A stretch of 64,000 nt of DNA, taken from positions 30,972 to 94,971 of the forward strand of contig MU061542.1 of the NCBI GenBank assembly GCA_013265495.1. The letters are read 5' to 3'. The notes beneath the pieces were generated by a model that was not told the origin of the DNA, searched no databases, and saw only the letters and a list, made by a program, of their open reading frames with translations. Made by a program: the position numbers and the translations under genes. Positions 22,750 to 35,934 of the stretch are shown in pieces. The first letter of the stretch is position 1. The number at the start of each line of letters is the position of its first letter. The stretch is from Vicugna vicugna. Lineage: Eukaryota.

Positions 22750-22782
22750 TAAATAAATAAATAAACAAACAAACAAACAAAC
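22750..22782 (+). repeat. (TAAA)n(CAAA)n tetranucleotide repeat
   Basis: Read directly from the sequence. Confidence 0.85.
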
Positions 22783-23629
22783 ACCTCCAAGAGGGTAAGT
22801 TGAGGGAGTGAGCAGATGAACAGCAAGCCATAAGGAGAAAATGGGTCATTAATTTGGGTGAAAGATTAAGAGAGGACATATGGACATATTTTGGTTGAAC
22901 AATGTTTAAAATAGAACTAAAAAATTATATTATGCCTCAGCTTGAATCAAACAGTATTCAGTCCTCTATTAACTTGTATTGAATCTCAAATAAAAAATAA
23001 CTTATCTTTTACTCCTCTAAAACAACCCTGTAATATAAATACATATGATGATTTTCATACAGTGAAAACTAACAAACTTGTGTAATTGTACTTGCCATTG
23101 ACTTAGTTATTACATGTTTCTTTTTCCTAGCAGGATCGGAACCTTTTAATATAGAGGCAATGGCTTATCCATCTGTGTATGTTCACATACGTGATATTCA
23201 ATCATTATTTCCTGGAGGAACTAATGAATTGGAAAAAATGATAAATCAGTAAATGTTTTCATCAAAATATGATTAATCCCTTAGAAAATGTACAGTTCAA
23301 TTCAGATTATTTATAAATTTACTCATCTGTGTATTTTCTAACTTATTTGGAATGTGAGACATGGGTTAAGTCTGTAAATATTGTGGATGAATAATGTGAT
23401 TTCCTTGTGTCATGCTTTGAAAATACTCTCATAATTATTTTATAAAAGTGTATTGCTGCTACTTTTCTTAGTAATTATTAGTTATATAGTTATGTCAATA
23501 TTAATATAAATAGGAATTTTTTCTATCTTGAGTCAAGCAGAAGAAATGAATAATGTTGAAAATGTAAAGAAAAATACATATGATGATTTTCATACAGTGA
23601 AAGCTAAAAACTTATCTATTTTTAATATT

Positions 23630-23755
23630 TTTAACATTTTTCAGAGGGGAGGTAATTAAGTTTATTTATTTATTTTAACAGAAGTAACGGGGATTGAACC
23701 CAGAACATCGTACATACTAAGCATGAACTCTACCACTGAGCTATACCTACCCCCC
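23630..23755 (-). mobile_element. tRNA-Ala-derived SINE (camelid Vic-1-like)
   Basis: Minus strand GGGGGTAGGTATAGCTCAGTGGTAGAG..GCTTAGTATG..GGGTTCAATCCCC (A and B boxes) with an AT-rich tail. Flanked by the 13-bp TSD TATTTTTAATATT (23617-23629 / 23756-23768). Confidence 0.9.
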
Positions 23756-24474
23756 TATTTTTAATATTCTTTAAAAACCTAGTGGAATGTTTACTAAATG
23801 GTAATAATTTTGTACATAATACATCTTTGTTTCTTAATTTTGCCACAAATATATCAACTTAAATGTGTTGATACCGGAGAGAAAGAGACAGGGAGACAGA
23901 AAGATGTGATAGATGCACAGATAAATTAATAATAAATTATTAAATATAGTAGTAATAAATCCAGTTTCAAGTGGATGGAACAAAATCAATAAAATGATTT
24001 TTTGCTGGCAACTGTGAAATCACTACAAATTAAAAATGTTTTTCCAATAATAAATTTCTAATACTTAAATTACAGATTCAGAGAAATTTTATTTGGTCAG
24101 TCCACTTATTCATATTGCCAAAGCCAGTGGAAAAATTATTAAAGTAAGTAATTAATCTGGCAACAGAGATAAAACAAAGGTTGAAACCAGGCGCAACAAA
24201 AGAATCATTCCTATGATGTCAGGCATCTTTTGGATTTCAGCACAGTTTAAAACTGGCCTTAGTTTAAAGGCTAAGAAACCTACTTTGCCAGCAATTGGCC
24301 CTGGATTGTGAATCAGTCTTTGAGGGATGGATTCAGGTTAGCTAAATTCACGTAAAGGGAACTATTTCCTTTAGGGTGAGAAATATAGCTGACATCAGAG
24401 ACAGAGAAATGTGCTATGACTAAGCTCATCTTTCCCTATGGAAATTCTATAGGGAAGTCAAATTACACCTAACA

Positions 24475-24710
24475 TATAAGCACATTTATATGTAAAACAT
24501 TGTCTTAAATGCTTTACGTGCGATATCTAATTTAACCCTCCCAGTACCTTTGACAAAGCCATTGCTGGTAAACTCATTTCACCAATGAGGAAGCAAATTC
24601 AGACAGAGAGTTAAGTGATTTTTAGTGAAATAGCTAGTAAATTGGAGGAGCCAGATTGAATTCAAGTAATCAGTTTCAGGAATCAGTATTTTTGTGCAAA
24701 ATGCTACAGT
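24475..24710 (-). mobile_element. MIR
   Basis: AAATGCTTTACGTG..ATTTAACCCTC..CATTTCACCAATGAGGAAGC..AGAGAGTTAAGTGA..AGCTAGTAAATTGGAGGAGCCAGATTGAA. Confidence 0.75.
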
Positions 24711-26340
24711 GCTTTTCTTTAAAGCAAGTGTGATTTGAATGTTTTATTTTCAACTGTCTAATCTAGCTTGATATTAATTTCTCTTTAAAAGAATTATACT
24801 TGGAACCAGAAAGGTCCAAGCTTTGGATCAGAACCCCTTTATCCTTAGACAATTATCTGTAGGGATTGTAAACAAGTGTGATTGTTATTCTCCATTTTCT
24901 AAATATCCATCACAGGTGTATTATTTTTAGATATTTAAATACAGATGTATAAATATATTAAATCAAGTTATATTCAGTTCCAATTTTAAAGACTGAAGAG
25001 TCAATTTCTGGTGTCCTTGTGTATCTTTCTTTTTTTTTATTAATTGCACACTGGTTTTATATTTCAACTCTTAGAGTGTTCTACTAATTCTAAAGTATTA
25101 GAAGAATAAACTTTGTGGATTTCTCCTGGTAACTGCTAAGTCAAGATCTCTTTAACAGTTTGTACTTTGCAAAGAAAGATAGCTAAGTCATTTTTTATTT
25201 GCATTAGAGAGAAAGGAAGTTGTATAGAACATTTATTTCTTGTCAGTTTTCCCCTTTTACATATTCTGTAAGTGATAGTTAAACTAAAGTGATAAACACA
25301 TAAAGTTTCAGCCTTATTCATTATTATAACCCCTGAGGAATATTCTACTTGAGGTCTTTTAAGTTTGCAATTAACAAAGAAAAATTCCACTTTGTCTGAT
25401 ATTGGGTTGTATTGCTCAAAATTCTAATTTAAAACACAGTCTCTAAAGATTTGTACATCAGACCCCTCCCTTCTGCCCCTGATCTTTTACTGTTACTGAA
25501 ACCTCAGAGTTCTACTCTATGTTGAAAGAGATTCAAGGTGAAATCTTAACTCTCCTGTTCACAGATAGTATCTCATTATTTCTTCCCTCTTCTATATCAG
25601 GAGATGTTGTTCTTAAATTAAGAGTGGAACAACCAAAGTATAGAGGAGTGAAAGGGTTTAAATAATAAGCAATACAGTTTTAGGCCTTAAAACATTACTA
25701 CTTAATTTAATACTTAAATTGGTCTTCTAATTTGATATTAGAAATGTAAATAAATGAGCTATTTTATTCAAATTATAAGCACACAAGTTGAGTTTCAGGT
25801 ATATTTTGATTGATTCAAAGCCATAAACCTCAAAAGTGAGAGATCAGGAATTTAAAACAATATCTTTCTGAACCCTCACTTCCTCTACCTCAAGACATCA
25901 TACACTTCAATGTTATATCCAGCGATAGATTTGTCAGAAAAAAAAAATACTTTGAAATTTCTAACTCTGATATCTGATTATTTCTTCATTCAATTTTTTC
26001 ATGTCATATATTTTGTAATTATGAAAAAGTTTCTTAAATTAATTTTATATATGATACAGAAATTTGCTACAAAATATGAAACTTTTATGACATAAATATG
26101 TAAATATAAGAGTAAAATTACATAGAAATTTTTCAAGTATTTTTGGAGCTTAAAGGGGAATATGATACTATTCATGAGATCTACATAATTAGAAAAATAT
26201 CTACAAACTAAGATGGTAAAATCTACTTCTGGAATGTGATTTTGTGGTTATGTAATAAGTCGGTCAGTTGTTATGTGGATTCTGCATTTATTGACTGTGG
26301 TGGAAGAGCATAGAAGGACTGTTTAAAATGCTGAGTGAGA

Positions 26341-29300
26341 TTTATTTATTTTATTTTTGTTTAATTTAATTTCTTCTATGAGTAAAACTGACTCCTAATA
26401 ATATATTAGGTTTAAGTGTACAGCAGAGAGATTTGATAATTCTGTACATTACAAAATGATCACTGTGATAAGTTACTTACCATCTACTTCCATATAGAGT
26501 TATTATAATATTATTGACTATATTTACTGTACTGTAAATTTTATAGCCTTGGCTTATATCTTTATTTTATAAATGGCAGTTTTATTCTTAATCCACTTTA
26601 TCTATTTTATTCATCACCCCAGCCCCTGCCATTCTGACAAGACCGATTTGTCTCTGTATCTGTGAGTCTTTTCTGTTATGTTATTTTTGTCTGCTTTGTT
26701 TTTTACATTCCACATGCAAGGGAAATCGTATAGTTTTTGTCTTTCTCTGTCTGAATTATTTCGCTCAGCATAATAACCTCTGAATCTGTGGTGTCACAAA
26801 TGGCAAGATTTCTGTTTTTTATGGCTAATTCTCCACTATTTATGTGTATGTGTGTGTGTATATGTATGCACACACACATACATATATATATAAATGTATA
26901 TATACCACTTCTTCTTTATCCACTAATCTATTAATGGACTTGGGTACTTCCACATCTTGACTATTTTCAGTAAAGTTGCAATGAACATAGGTTACATGTA
27001 TCTTTTCAAATTGTTGTTTTTGTGCTTTTCCCAAAAAATACCCAGAAGTGGAATTGCTGAATCATAAGATAGTTCTATTTTTAATTTTTTGAGGGCTCTA
27101 CACAATGTTTTGGATAGTGGCTGCACCAATTTACATTCCCACCAAAAATATATAAGGGTTTCCTTTTCTCCACAACCTTATCAATACTGGTTATGCCTTG
27201 TATTTTCAATAAGTCAATATGTGAGGTTATATCTCATTGTGGTTTTGAGTTACATTTCCCTGATAATTAATGATGTTGACATCTTTTCATATGGCTTTCA
27301 GACCAACTGCATGTCTTCTTGAGAAAAATGCTTGTTCAGGTCCTCTGACCATTTTTTTAAATCAAGTTGTTTGTGTTTTTTTTATATTGAATCATATAAG
27401 TTCTTTGTATTGTTTGAATATTAACCCCTTAACATATATATTGTCTGAAAATATCTTCTCCCATTCAGCAGGTGGCCTTTTTATTTGGTGATAGTTTCCT
27501 TCACTACACAAAATATTTTAGTTTGATGCAGTCTCATTTGTTTATTTCTTTTTCCCCTTTTTCTAAGGAGGCATATCCAAAAAAATATATATATATTCTT
27601 AAGATCAATGTCAAAGAGATTACTGCCTAAGTCTTCTTCTAGGAGTTTTATAGTTTCAGATCTTACATTTAAGTTTTTAACCCACTTTGAGTCTATTTTT
27701 GTATATGATGTGAGAAAGTATTTCAGATTTATTCTTAGGTATGTAACTGTCCAGTTATCCCAGGACCATTTATTGAAGAAGCTGTCTTTCCCTAGTGTAT
27801 ATTTTTTTCTTTTTTGCCAGGAAAAATACTGACCATATAAATGTGTGTTAATTTCTACGCTCTATTCTGTTCCATTAGTGTATGTGCCTGTTTTAATGCC
27901 ACTACCATACTGTTTTGATTACTGTAGCTTTGTAGTATAGTTTAAATCAAGGAATATTGTACCTCTAGCTTTGTTCTTCTTTCTCAAGATATTTTTTGAC
28001 TATTGGAGGTCTTTGTGTTTCCATACAAATTTTAGAATTATTTGTTCTAGTTCAGTGAAAAATGCCATGGATATTTTGAAAGGAGTTGCCTGGAAACTGT
28101 AGATTGCCTTGGATAGTATGGCCATTTTAACAATATAACTCTTCCAATGCAGGAGCACAGGATATCTTTTCATTTGTTTTTGTTATCTTCAACTAATTTC
28201 ATCAGTTTCTTAACAGTTTCACAGTACAGATCTTTTACCTCTTTGGTTACATTTATTCCTAGATATTTTATTCTTTTTAATATTATTGTAAATTGAATTT
28301 ATTCTCCACTTTTTTTCCTGATAGTTTGTTGTTAGTTTATAGACATACAACAGATTTTTATATATTAATTTTGTATCCTGCAATTTTATTGAATTCATTT
28401 ATTGGTTCTAATAGTATTTTGGTGGCATCTTTAGAATTTTCTGTGTGTAATATCATGTCATCTGCAAACAGTGACAGTTTAACTCTTTCTTTCTAATTTG
28501 GATTCCTTTTGAATGCATTCTAACAATCCTACATTTTAAGCACCCGTGCACATTCAATGATTTTTTAACATCATATTTTACATCTTTCTCTTTTGTGTAC
28601 CATTTAATTGCTTTTTATGCATATAAGTTGATTTTACTACTTTTGTCTTTTAACATTTTTCAAAGCTTTGTAAGCGATTTATCTATTACCTTTACTGTTT
28701 GCCTTTACCAATGAGGTTTTTTCTTTTGTAATTTTTATGTTCTAGTTGTTATCTTTTTTCTGCTTGGAGAAATACCTTTAACATTTCTTGTAAAGCCATT
28801 TTCATGTGCTGAACTCTTTGGGATTTGCTTGTCTGTGAAGCACTTTATCTTTCCTTCAAACTTGAATAGTAACCTTAACAGATAGATTATTCTTTTTTTT
28901 TAATTGAAGTTTAGTCAGTTGAATTGAAGTTTTAATTGAAGTATAGTCAATTGATGCAGTCTCAAAGCTCTTTTAAACTATCTTTATTTTTAAAGATTTT
29001 TTTTTTCAGCTTGGGCCACTTCCACTACTCTGTGTTCCAGTTTGTTGATCCACTTGCCTGTATCATCTAATCTACTGTTGATTCCTTTTAACATATTTTT
29101 TTATTTCAAGTATTATGTTCTTCAGATCTATTTGTTTCTCCTTATATTTTCTCTTTGTTAAAATTCTCAGTATGTTCATTCATTCTTCTCTTGAGTTTGT
29201 TGAGCATCCTGATGACCATTACCTTGAACTCTTTACTGGTGAGATTGCTTTTCTCCCCTTCATTTACCTCTTCTTCTGGGATTTTATCTTATTCTTTTAT

Positions 29301-30336
29301 TTGGAATATATTCCTCTGTTTATTCATGTTGCCTAATACTCTGTTTGTATTTGTATGTATTAGGTCAGTTGGTTATGTTTCCCAATCCTAGAGAAGTGAC
29401 ATTACATAAGTGAGATCCTGTCTGGCATAGCAGCTCCTTCCCTGTGGTCACCTGAGCTATATGCCCCAAGGTTGCCCTCTTGTGGGTTGTATAGGTCTTT
29501 CTGTTCTCCCAAGGTTGAGTACAGTGGGAATACTGGTAGGCAGGGCTAGCCCTGGCCTGGATGTCTTCCAGCTCCTGCCTTTTGCTGAGGACTTTCTAGT
29601 GTGTTGGGTCTTGTCCCAGCATGGTAGGCTGTGCAGCCTGAGGGACCTGGACCTGGTTCCTGTCTGCTGGTAGTCCAGTAAGTCTCTGGTACAAGTCAGC
29701 TAGAAGGAGAAATCCAAAATGACACTTGTCAGCACCAGTGTCCTCATGATCAAATATGGCAGCACCATGTCCCCAAAATGGCTACTATTAGCATGTACCT
29801 GGTAAATACCAGTTGTCTTATGCCTCTCTGGGAGGCTGTCCTTGATCAGCAAGTGGGTATGACCAGACTCATTTCTAATTACTGCCTGTGTGCTAAGATT
29901 TGGACCTTGTGAGATTTTTGTCAGCGCTCTTTCACAGTGGAGTCTATTTCCTAAACATTTTAGCTCTCCTGTACATAAGGCCCACTGTCCTTCAAAGCTG
30001 GATATTCTGGGGTTCATCATTTCAGTGAAGGATTTCCAGGCTGGGGAGGCCAGTGTGGATTTGGAACCCCTACTCCTTGAGGAGAACCTCTGCAATTATT
30101 ATTATCTTCCCATCTTTGGTATGCTACCTTGGGGGTTTGGGTCTTGAATAAACCTCAGCTTTGCCCTTCCTACCCATCTCATTGTGGTTCCTTCTTTATA
30201 TCTTTAGTTATGGAAAATATTTTCCACTAGCCTCGGGTCATTCTCATATATAGTTGCCCTGCAAATAGTTGTAGTGGTGTACCCATGAGACAAGGTGATC
30301 ACAGAGTCTTTCTACTCTGCCATCTTGGCCACATCT
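26341..30336 (-). mobile_element. Old L1 retaining both ends with large internal deletions (3'UTR + ORF2 3' part 26341-28510; inter-ORF/ORF1 pieces 28510-29330; 5'UTR to 30336)
   Basis: T-rich tail at 26341; typical reversed ORF2 (GGCTGCACCAATTTACATTCCCACCAA, CTTTGTTCTTCTTTCTCAAGAT); 5' tip TCTACTCTGCCATCTTGGCC. Confidence 0.9.
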
Positions 30337-30814
30337 TATCACTAGATCAAGTTTTAAAAGTCTTCAAGTGATAGCACAGTTACAGTACATTTTAGATATT
30401 AAAAAAGTAAAAAAATACTGTATTCTGGACTTGAGAAAAGTATGCATTTTGTCTGTATTTACACTAAATTATTTTAGGTTAAAAAGAAGAGCTTGGTGAA
30501 AATGAAGAAAACTTAATGGTATGTCAAATTAGAAATATACATCTCACTCCAGCCACTTGAGAAGATTTTAAAAAGCTGCCTCCTCACTTTAGACATCAGT
30601 TTTTAATCATGACAGGAGTCAGTAATGTGGGAAATTCAACAACCTCTCCCTTCTTTGAATTGCTTTTTCCCTCTTTTTTTTTTAAATCAACTACCATATA
30701 GTCAAATAATGTCTATCAATCCTAGACTTAATTACCCAGATAATTATGTCACCCTTGCTCTGCTTTATTTCCCACAGTAGTAATTCAGATTATTTTAATA
30801 TTGTTCTAGTACAA

Positions 30815-31000
30815 GGCATTATACTAAATATTTTACATGATTTTTTCCTACAATTATTAAAAGAGTATGTGATTGATGTACAATTGCTATCCCCATTTTA
30901 TAGAGGAGTAATATATGTTTTAAAAAGTTTAGCAACTTTTCTAAACTTATTTTGCTGATTGTAAGAATCTCCTGGACTTTTATCCATAGAAGTCTGACTC
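30815..31000 (-). mobile_element. MIR fragment
   Basis: TATCCCCATTTTATAGAGGAG core. Confidence 0.5.
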
Positions 31001-32649
31001 CCAACTTTTCTGGTGAACCACTTAGAGTCAGCTTATTTTCTATACATTCAGTGGGACTCTGATCTCACCTCAGCAGAGCCAGAACTGAAAATTGGAAGAG
31101 AATTTGGTTCAAAGCTAGACACACCTGTGTCTGAATTACATGTCTGTTATTTACATAACTTCAATAACTTATTTTTATACTTATGAGATAAAAAGTTACA
31201 TTCTACCTAGCAGTGTTTCTTGGGGGCCAGCTAGGGAATTCATGATATAGTATATAAAATTTTAGGGATAATAAATAAAGCAAAATAGACACACTGTATA
31301 CTGGTGACAAAGAGAGAGTGTTTATACTGTCACCTGTGTTCCTAAAAATGACTTATCAGTACCTTAACAATTTTGTAGGACACAGATGTTTTTCCGAAGA
31401 CACAATGAAATTGAAATGTCAAAATTAGGGTGATACCATTTTTCTTGACTCACTGTAATCTAATACATTATAAATGTTATTTTAAAATATCAATATTCAT
31501 TTTGTCAGTTAGCTACTTAATTGAGAAACTAGGCCCAGTTCCTTCACTTTCACATTAATCAGTAAAACAATAACTGTATTATTGATTAATTATGAATCAA
31601 AATGTTTATATAATAGGAAAATAACACTAAACTTCTTAAACTGCAAACTTTTCATTATCTACCGCAAACTGAGAAACAGAAGTGCTGTTTATATTCATAA
31701 ACTTAGAAAATACTTCTTATTTTATGTAAAAAATATATATTGGTGATAATGAAAAATATATATACTGGTGATAATGAATAAATTGGTTTGAGCTTAAGGG
31801 AAGAGATTCTTTATGACAATTTTGATTGCTCTGTATTTTTATGTTTAAATGCAAGGTATTTAGGAAATTTTTTAATGTACCTACAAAACATAAGTTTTTA
31901 TGAATATAATTAAATACACAGTAATCTATTCATTATCTTAATTATTTGCATGGAATACAAGTTATAGTCTGAAGCAGTTCAATCAATGTATTTTTGGCAA
32001 AGTCATGCAGAGAATCAACATTAAACAGTATTTGCTTTCAAATAGGAATGTGTGACTTTCTTAGAGTTGATCATTTGAAAATATAATTTGCATGCTAATT
32101 ATAAATTGCAAAGTCATCTTCCAGTTACACTGATTCTTAGTCCTTAATTTTTTTTGTGAATTTTAACTTTTCATCTCTAGATGGTGCTCTAAGTACCTGC
32201 ATTGCAGCCAGGTTTGCCAACATCAGTATAAAAAGCAAAAGAAACAAAAGCTGAAAAATAAAAAGTGATCTTATAACCAAATATATTAACTTAGAAAAAT
32301 TCTTGGAACTTTTACTTTAAGCCAGAAAAGCATAAGTTGCCAGGTGGTTAAGCTCATGAAAAAGATGCTTGAGTGCTGTCCTTTTTAGGATTAGGAAAAT
32401 AGTAACTGTAGAGAAATATTTTAAATCTAGTTAGCAAATTCAGAATTGATATTTCTCCAACTAACTTGTATTTCTTTTTTAACACCAACACACTGCAGTG
32501 CTAAATACTTGGTAGAAGAGGAAACAGTTATACCCAAACAGATTATGTAACCATGAATCAACTTATTCAAGTCTTTTATGATATTTTGAGATTAAAGCCA
32601 TATCTAAATCAATAGATGAAAACAGCTAATCAAGGTTTTATTTAAGTAT

Positions 32650-32788
32650 CAGTGATTGGCAAACAGTGGCCTGAAAGCCATATCTAGCCTGCTGCCTGTT
32701 TTTGTGTGTTTCATGAGCTAAAAGTGGTTTTGACATGTTTAATTTTGATTTTAAGTTTTAAAAATATATATTTTGAGATATGTGAAAA
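32650..32788 (+). mobile_element. hAT-Charlie MER58(B)-like DNA transposon 5' part, interrupted by an LTR
   Basis: CAGTGATTGGCAAACAGTGGCC..GCCTGCTGCCTGTTTTTGT..GAGCTAAAAGTGGTTTT matches the recalled MER58B consensus. GAAATTCA resumes after 33874. Confidence 0.7.
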
Positions 32789-33874
32789 TGTTACCATGAG
32801 GAGGGGAATAAAAGTTACTTAGGTTGTTAGTGTGAATGAAAAATACTGCAAACCATATCATTAAACAAAGAATGCTGAAACCATCAAGTCACCAGCCACT
32901 ACTGCCACCCCCCCAGTGAAGACAAGCCTGCAACCCAGCATCTGCAGCCACTCACAATGGTGCCCTTCGAGGGGACTCAGAACAAGAAAGGACAGGATAT
33001 TGGCCCTAGAGAGCAAGGTACTTGTCAAAGGAATTAATTCAATGAACCCAAATGTTTGCTCCCTCTCATCATAGGAAAGCACTAAATTCTTTAACTTGAG
33101 ATGTCTGAGTTTCTTTGGTTAACAAGTAATCTTTTAAAGTTCCAACTACCTGTTTGTTGTAAAATTCCTGTGTATCCTAGCTCCTCCCCTACGTCTTCAG
33201 AGCAGTCCCTCAGAGTGATCTGAGAGGCTATCATCTTGGCTCAAGTCCTCCTACCAAACAAAACACAGCTGTCAACTTTTAGGCTGTACATTTATTTCAG
33301 TTGACATTAGTAACCTGAAAAAAAGAATATCTATCATGAGACAAGAATGTGATACAAAAAGAAGATTTTATTAGTGAAGTAAAAAGGTAGTAAAATATAG
33401 TACACCCCCAAGAATTGGGGGCAGGCCAATCCAAGAGAGGAAAAATGATGTAGCCCCTTTGTTTTTCTTCTTTTTATATCCTGGTTTAGGGGACATATTC
33501 ATATTGATTATTGATGGCTTCCATTCTTTCAGTGCTCAGGCTGAATGACAGCTCATGTTCCTTGTGCTCAGGCACGCCCATCTCTTTTACTCATGTTCTT
33601 ACCCATGATGCACACAGAGAAACCTATGGGAGGGGGCTCAAACCACAATGTTAATTACATTATAATGAGCATTGGGTCAAGTTAAGCCAGGTCCTTCTGC
33701 CTATTGAGCAGCTACAGCATTCCATTCTAGCCAGCCTTACTGGCCTTCATTTAGAGAAAGTAAACATTGTTGGAGTTCCCTTTCCTGCTTGGAGATGTAC
33801 GGTTATTTTCTGGGTTGCTCCCTCTCCCTTCCTCTGTCCTTGCCTAGTGTTCATGTCTATCTAACTGCCTAACA
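32789..33874 (-). mobile_element. Solo ERV LTR (outer), interrupted by a second LTR
   Basis: Termini TGTTA...TAACA; flanks GAAAA/GAAAT (near-TSD); reversed polyA signal TTTATT at ~33367. Confidence 0.7.
32831..33306 (+). mobile_element. Solo ERV1-class LTR (476 bp)
   Basis: TG...CA termini with an imperfect inverted repeat (TGTGAATGAAA / TTTCAGTTGACA) and a perfect 4-bp TSD TTAG (32827-32830 / 33307-33310). Confidence 0.85.
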
Positions 33875-35934
33875 GAAATTCACAAGAAATTTGAGTTGGT
33901 AAAATTGCCATTGGGGAGACAGCCAAAATAAACAGATAAATTGAACCTTAAAGTTAAAAATGACACAGTCAAGCCAATAGAAAATTTTAATAAATTTTAA
34001 ATTTAGTATTTTAGAGATTCCCTCACTTAAGGAAATTCTGAATCTTATATCTACCTAGGGAAAAAATGCTATATTTAAAGATTAAAATTTCAACTAAGGT
34101 CATCATTTGGTAACATGTAGTCAAGAAACTCTAATGCAAACCTGATAGAATTCTAACTGATTTAAATAGATTATAAATCTGCTATCTGAACTATGTATTA
34201 TGCTACAGTTCTTCTCAATGTGATGCTTGCATATTAATGAGAATTTTGGTTCTTTTAAGTTGGTTAGTTTTCATAAGTTGTTCCAATCAAGTATTTCTTT
34301 TGAAAGACTTAAAGGAACGTTGTTTCTGCTGTGACAAGTCAGTGCTGTAACATCCCCTCTTTTAAAATCCCTGTAGCCTATTAAAAAAATATAATTTGTT
34401 GGAAGGACACTCAGTCATTTCATGTAACAGAAATGGAAATGAGTGAAAAGATCAGCACTATTTCCCCAATGCCACTGTCTGTACTATTGAGCTCTTTCAA
34501 TGTTAATAAACAAAATTTAAGTGTGATTAAACGTTAGAAACTAAGAAGAAAAAAGTAATATTGAAAGAAAAAATACTCTATCCCCAACCTCTCCTTGGTA
34601 AAATAAGGTCTATGTAGTACAGTGAATGGTGAAGCACTCATGGGAATAACGGAGATATTCTATTTGCTGTTGTCTCAATTCTCCACTCCACTTTGTTAAA
34701 ATAGATTGCTATATTGAGGCTGGAATCATCTAAATTACAGAATCGTAAACTAAAAAGTATCCCAATAGATATTAAACTATTGAGACTCTTTTGATTTGTT
34801 CATCTCTTCAACATCCAGTGTTTTTTTTTTTTTTTGAAACAGATTTTGGAAGCTATATCTAGTGCCATTTGATTTTTGGTAGGATTCTATATATAGATAT
34901 AGAAATTATACTCCTATTACCAAGGTGACATTTAGAGTAACATAGAAAAATAATAAATAGAAATGATTCATTTAGCCCACTTCTGGATTATGTAAATAAT
35001 CATAATGCAAGGCTTTTATTTAAGATATTTCCTTTGGCTAAATGGCCAAATTAGGTTGTCACATGGTCAATGTGATCGACTAGGTAGTAATTAATTGGCA
35101 ATTAACATAGCCCTAACACAGATAACCATGAACTCATTTGATGAGTGAGTACAGAAATGACCACAAATCTGAACAACATGTTATCAAATAGAAATATATG
35201 ATTACCCTTTTGTAAGCGTTCTATTAATCTATACTCATAAAAAAGGTTTTCTGTAATATTTAAATGCAATTTTTTTCATGCATTTTTTTACTGTGTAGTT
35301 CTGATTCAACTCCTTGACATTATGAAAAAGAAAGCCCAATTCTTTTTTCGTATAACAGCATTTCTAGCAGACACACCTAAGGTATTACATTGTTTTCTGA
35401 TTACCCTCTTTCCTGGAGTAAAAACCTCAAACTCTAGGCCAATTCCTATTATAATATGATTTCTTTTACCATTCGTATTATCTGCTGTAAAAATTCTAGT
35501 TTATCTATATCTCTTTTAATATGTTGTGCTTAGGAATTAAAGTACAGATGAGCTATCAACATCTCATTTTAGATACTATAATTCTATTAGTACTGTATTT
35601 TTGACAACTACATTACACTTTGTCTACAATTTGTCTATTCTTAGTGCCAACTAAATTCCCAAACTATGTTTTAAATTATCTTCAACTAAATCCTGAATTT
35701 ATCTTCTTCATTTCTGCATTATTCTCACTATAAAAGTGACTATACTAAGAAAAGAACATAACCTCTATCAGAGTATGTTGCAGACATTTTATGTACTCTT
35801 TGCACATGTTTCTATGTGCCTTTATCTTGTAGTGCACTAAGTAAAAGCCCTCCTAAAAGCATTCTGTACTTAACTTTAACAACCCCAAACTATATAGCAG
35901 CTATTGTATTCATTTAAGGTGTATAACATGGTCA

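Noticed and set aside
23045..23110. Box C/D snoRNA (ATGATGA in the 31-bp repeat)
   Set aside because: No box D (CTGA) with a terminal stem at a suitable distance in either copy.
23680..23755. Functional tRNA-Ala gene
   Set aside because: Stems and anticodon are degenerate, and it carries a SINE tail and TSD.
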